Below are positions 32,729 to 37,435 of a stretch of DNA of 37,435 nt, one piece after another. The DNA is taken from assembly GCF_001194135.2 (NCBI RefSeq), contig NC_068987.1:41093397-41130831 (forward strand), written 5' to 3'. The first letter of the stretch is position 1. Every line of letters starts with the position of its first letter. The notes beneath the pieces are model-generated. The model searched no databases, was not told the origin of the DNA, and worked only from the letters and a program-made list of their open reading frames with translations. This DNA is from Octopus bimaculoides. Taxonomy: Eukaryota. Made by a program: the position numbers and the translations under genes.

Positions 32729-35700
32729 TTAACGGCATCGTGACCAACAAAAACACAAGTCCAGGAAGAATAGACCTTAGGCAAATATGTTTTAATGTCT
32801 TGTTTTCTGGTGTTTATATGCGGTAACTTTGACATATAATCACGCAAGCGTTCTATGAAATTTGTAGTTTCAATATCTTGCATGTTTGCTAGAATAATCA
32901 TCTGACCCTGCAGCATCAAGGAATAACCATAAAGTAATTCTGCAGGAGAATATCCATTATCTTCTTTGATAGAAGAGCGGAGACCCAAGAGAACAATAGG
33001 AAGAAATTCAATCTATTGAGATGAATCAACAGAAGCACACAACACAGCTTTAAGCTGTCGGAGAAGTCTTTTGATCATATTGTTCGAAGCCTGGTGGTAA
33101 CTAGTGGAATAGATGTGTTTACTTCCTAGAATCTTGGTTAGTTCTTGGAAAAGTTTAGCTTCAAATTGTCGTCCGCAATCTGTTATTATTTTCACAGGTG
33201 TTCCGAAATGAAATCTATCCTGTGACTAAAGCTTGTGCCACAGTTTGAGAAGAGATATCTGCATGGAACACCTTCTGCCCAGCGTGAAAAACGATCAATA
33301 CAAGTTAATAAAAACGTGTAGTCCTGACTCGCAGGCCAAGGTCCTACTATATTAACATGTATGTGCAGGAATCGTGCATCTGGAGTGGAGAAAGTACCTG
33401 ACGGTGCACGGATATGTTTATGTATCTTGGATTTTTGACAACTGACACGTCTCGACGCATGTTCGGCCAAACAAAACGAACTGAAATATGCTTCAATGTT
33501 GCTGTTATACCTGGATGTGAAATATGTAGTACTGAGAAAACGATACGGTGGTGCTTTTCTGGAACTAAAGGGCGAGGTTTACCAGAAGAAAAATTGCAAA
33601 GGATCTGTTTGCTTGATGTCGCAACTGTGAAAAATTGGAGGTCAAAAGGAATTAGTTTTGGTTGTTGTATATTATTCAAATCAACGGATGGTTGATCTTC
33701 CAACATTTCGTCAAAGTTGATTTCTGCAGTTGAAAATAATGCGTTTACAGGTAAACAGGATATAGAATCTGCAACAATGTTCTCAGAACCTGGAATATAT
33801 CGTATATCACTCATGAATTGTGAAATGTAATCCGAATGTCGAATGTCTTTCGGGGAAAATTTATCTGGATTGCAGTGTAAAGCAAAAGCTAACTGTTTAT
33901 GGTCCGTAAATATTGTGAAGTTTCTCCCTTCCAAAATGTGTTGGAAGTGTTTACCTGAGAGGTAAATAGCTAACAGTTCACGACTGAACACGCTATATTT
34001 AGTTTCAGCTGGTTTCAACTGCTTAGAGAGAAATGCCCAAGGTTGCCATTTGCCATGGTGGAGTTGTTGAATGACTGCACCAACGCCATTTTCGGACACA
34101 TCGACTACAAGAGAAATTTCGGCATCAGGAATGGGTTGAGCTAACACGGAGACACGAGAGAGTTTTTGTTTAATATCGTCAAAAGCTTGTATTTCAGCAG
34201 GAGTTAAAGTAATCCTTTCTGTTCTCTTCTTGCGGTGTCACAGTAACTTGTTGAAAGGGTATAAAGTTTCAGCACAATGAGGTATAAAACGTCGATAATA
34301 GTTAGCTGATCCAATAAATTGTCTGAGCTGTCTTAATGAAACAAGAACTGGAATTTTCACGATAGCCTCAACCTTTTCTGGCAAAAGCTTAATTCCATCC
34401 TTATCAATGGTGTGTCCAAGGAAAGTGAGAGAAGGCACTCTGAAAATACATCTGGTAGCATTGGTACAAATTTTGTATTGAGAAAACCCTTCAAAAAGTT
34501 GCTTCAAATGAATCTCCTGTTCTTTCACAGAAGAACTAGCGATGAGAATATCGTTAATATAGGCGTAGAGGAAATCTAATCTGCATATTACTTCATCAAT
34601 GAAACTGGTGGCATTCCTTAACCCAAAGGGCATGGTAAGAAATTCACATAACCTGAATGGCATTGCAATAGCTGTTTTGGGAATATCATCTGGGTTTACA
34701 GGAATCTGATGGTATGCATGTATCAAATATGTTTGAGAAAATAGTGCAATCATGCAGAGAAGATGCAAAATCCTGAATATGAGGTATTGTATATTTATCT
34801 GGAATGGTAATAGTGTTGAGTCGTCTATAGTCACCAGTAGGTCTAAAATCACTAGATTTCTTTTTCACTAAATGATGTGGTGAAGACGAGTTACTGTTTG
34901 AAGGACAAATTATTCTAAGCTGGAGCATGTGGCTGAACTCTGCCTTAGCAGCTATGAGTTTTTCAGGTGGTAAACGTCTAGGATGCGAGAAAACGGGAGA
35001 TCCATTGGTGGTTATATGATGAGTAGCTGTATGTGTTGAAGCATTGACATTAAAGGTTAAATTCAGGAAAAAATTGAAGCAAGGCCTGATATTTATGTTT
35101 GATTTGCAATAAAAAATAGTGGGCTGACAGAAGTGGAATTGAAATGTCTTCCTAAAGCACATAACTGTGTATTGCTATTGATAAGTCTCTTTCTTTTGAC
35201 ATCCACTAATAGTGAAAAATGATGGAGAAAATCAGCTCCTAAAATTGGGTGAGGAAGGTCGGCAATGATAAAAACCCACTGGAAACTTCGTCTGAAATTC
35301 AGGTCCAGTGTGAGTGAAATCTCACTGAAAGTTTTAATAGGAGAGCTGTTGACTGCTTGAAGAGATATATCAGAAGCGAAAAGTTTTCTTTGACAAATTT
35401 AGACGACCATATACTGCAGAACGCTCTGGAATCTACTAGAAATTCCTTCTTAGACTTAAAATCAAGTATGAAAAATACGCGACTAGGAGAAAATGGGCCA
35501 GGAACTGCGGTCACACTCGGTGTCCGGCTTTTTAGTTTCTTGAGTTTTAAATCTACAAGGTGAAATACATTTCTTAGCTGTAAAACCAAACTTATAATGA
35601 TACCAGCAAAAAGGCTTTGATCTGCTGGGAGAACGGGAATTAGAGCAACGAGGTGAGGAACTTCTGTTGATACGCAAGAGACGAATTTCTGCAACTAGCT

Positions 35701-36388
35701 TATCTATAGTCCTCTGTGTAGGTTCACAAAATTCTTTGAATTCAGAAGAAACTACTGCTGCAACTGGCAAAGGAGAGTTGTTCTGTTATGGAGTAGATTT
35801 TGTATACTCCGAAATTTTAACGTCAGTCAAATGGGTGAGCATGCCTTGAACATACCGTGGTAATCTGGAGAAAAGGGATTGTTTAAGCAACTTACTTTCA
35901 GCAGGGTTGTCCTCTGCGAGCTGGCACATTTTTCTGAGCATTTCCGATGGGGTTCTGTCACCTAAATGCTTGTTGTTGAGAAGTTTTCGAAACTTCTTTT
36001 CTGAAGAGAGCAAAGTTCGTCGTAAAATTCAGTTTTGATTGAATACGTTGCATCTGCCGGTGGAACTGTAATAATATCTCTCAATTCTCCAGTTAATGAT
36101 GATGGTATAGAGCTAAGTAAAATGTAGAGCTGCTGTTGGTCTGAATTGTGTTTGTTTGCCAAGAAAAATGCTTCTAACTGGGCAAACGAGATAGCGATAT
36201 CTCTTGTAAAAATTGGTATTACTGGATGATTGATAGTAGATAGCATCGTATGAGTTGAAGATAATTCAGTTGAAGAAAGTTGTGACATGAAAAGTATTAA
36301 AATATAACTAAATGTAGCTAAATTATTCTCTCATTGGTTGGTTACCAATTTATGTGGTGACCAATTATTCTCCAGGGTAGAATTCAGG

Positions 36389-36409
36389 ATCCACGTCGCT
36401 TGGTCACCA
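36389..36409 (-). other. Primer-binding site, tRNA-Trp-like
   Basis: Minus strand TGGTGACCAAGCGACGTGGAT, 5 nt after the LTR end ACTACA; similar to the complement of the tRNA-Trp 3' end (TGGTGACCCCGACGTGAT). Confidence 0.6.
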
Positions 36410-36414
36410 ATTTA

Positions 36415-36873
36415 TGTAGTGTACAATATATTTTCAGTATCAAGTATTGAAATGGCTGAGTGTATATTGTTAGAAGAATTCTTACAAAGAAGAAGAATAA
36501 ATTTAAGAACTATGTATTTACTACATAAAAATATATCTTATTTATTAGTTGTTGATGAAATATAATCGAAATATAGAATCTAGTTGAATGAAGTAATCTA
36601 TGCAGGGAAGTTCAGAAATGTAGAAATAACTGCTAAGCGATGGTTTTCAGTCATGTGGCATAGAGAAATAGACAGGCATAGCAACGATGAGAATGACTCA
36701 GAGTCTAGTCGACTAAGAAAGCAATGACCACCGCAAACAAGCTGTTTTTATTAATAAAACAATAGACATTCTAGAAACTTCCAAGAGAAATTCAAAGCTT
36801 CTTGAATAATTGAGAATTACTTCTCATGAAGTAGAATCATCCGAAAAACTTATTAAGGGGAGATTACACTATA
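36415..36873 (-). repeat. Putative 5' LTR of the Gypsy element
   Basis: Imperfect terminal inverted repeat (TGTAGTGTA at 36415 versus TACACTATA at 36865-36873), adjacent PBS; no second LTR in the window to confirm the outer boundary. Confidence 0.5.
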
Positions 36874-36990
36874 ACACTTCTTGCAAGATAGATCATTCAA
36901 CTATTTTAGCTACAGTCCACAGACTACTACATATATATTTGTGTATATATGTATATATATAATGTGTATATATATATATATATATATATA

Positions 36991-37405
36991 ACTAAATTCG
37001 ATGACTGGCACCCATGCCAACATCGTCACCTTCATTGGACACGATACTCAGCTTGCGAAGACTTATTGGGGCAAGCAAAAGCGAAATCGAGATGGCACCT
37101 GTGCCCAGCGTCGCCTTTCTGGCACTTGTGCCCATGGCATGTGTAATGGAATTTCAAGCGACATCGTTGCCAGTGCCCCTGGACTGGCTTTTGTGCGGGT
37201 GGCACATAAAATACACCATTTGAGCATGACCGTTGCCAGTACCGCCTGACTGGCCTCGTGTGGTTGGCGTTAGGAAGGGCATCCAGCTGTAGAAACTGCC
37301 AAATCAGATTGGAGCCTGGTGTAGCCATCCGGTTTCACCAGTCCTCATTCAAATCGTCCAACCCATGCTAGCATGGAAAGCGGACGTTAAACGATGATGA
37401 TGATG
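36991..37405 (+). mobile_element. RTE-family 3' tail / SINE-like copy
   Basis: GTGGTTGGCGTTAGGAAGGGCATCCAGCTGTAGAAA core and GGACGTTAAACGATGATGATGAT terminus; flanked by (TA)n. Confidence 0.8.
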
Positions 37406-37435
37406 TGTGTATGTATGTATATATATATATATATA

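Larger units (their letters stand above)
32733..36873 (-). mobile_element. Ty3/Gypsy LTR retrotransposon, 5' LTR to integrase, 3'-truncated and decayed
   Basis: gag (FAQLEAFF, LGDRTPSEMLRKM, CWYHYKFG..AKKC..PC), protease (FLVDSRA), RT (GDYRRLN, MPFGLRNA, YINDILI), RNase H (DVSENGVGAV, FTDHKQL), integrase ([20 protein letters not shown]); protease-RT-RH-IN order. Confidence 0.92.

Overview
AT-rich, microsatellite- and transposon-dense animal genomic DNA with six N gaps; the repeat complement resembles an octopod cephalopod (inference, not verified). No prokaryotic features, rRNA, tRNA genes or CRISPR arrays. A + strand host gene contributes four exons missed by the ORF track (4444-4549, 5138-5289, 24224-24265, 26960-27071); they splice in frame and encode one complete divergent RRM, a linker and the first half of a second, nucleolin-like RRM. 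The introns hold decayed elements: a Penelope-like GIY-YIG remnant, RTE LINE fragments, a Tigger/pogo transposase, a Copia pol, a 5'-intact Gypsy element, tRNA-derived SINEs, MITEs and two piggyBac families. Most interesting observations: (1) a minimal type I hammerhead-like fold with a compensatory G3:C8 core at 1907-1957 (-); (2) a PHD-type finger inside the RT domain of the RTE family, seen in two copies; (3) a piggyBac/RTE/piggyBac triple nest; (4) one piggyBac 3' end plus three co-oriented 5' ends bracketing host exons; (5) a perfect 18-bp hairpin in apparently unique intronic DNA. All alignments and translations were done by eye; boundaries of decayed elements are approximate.
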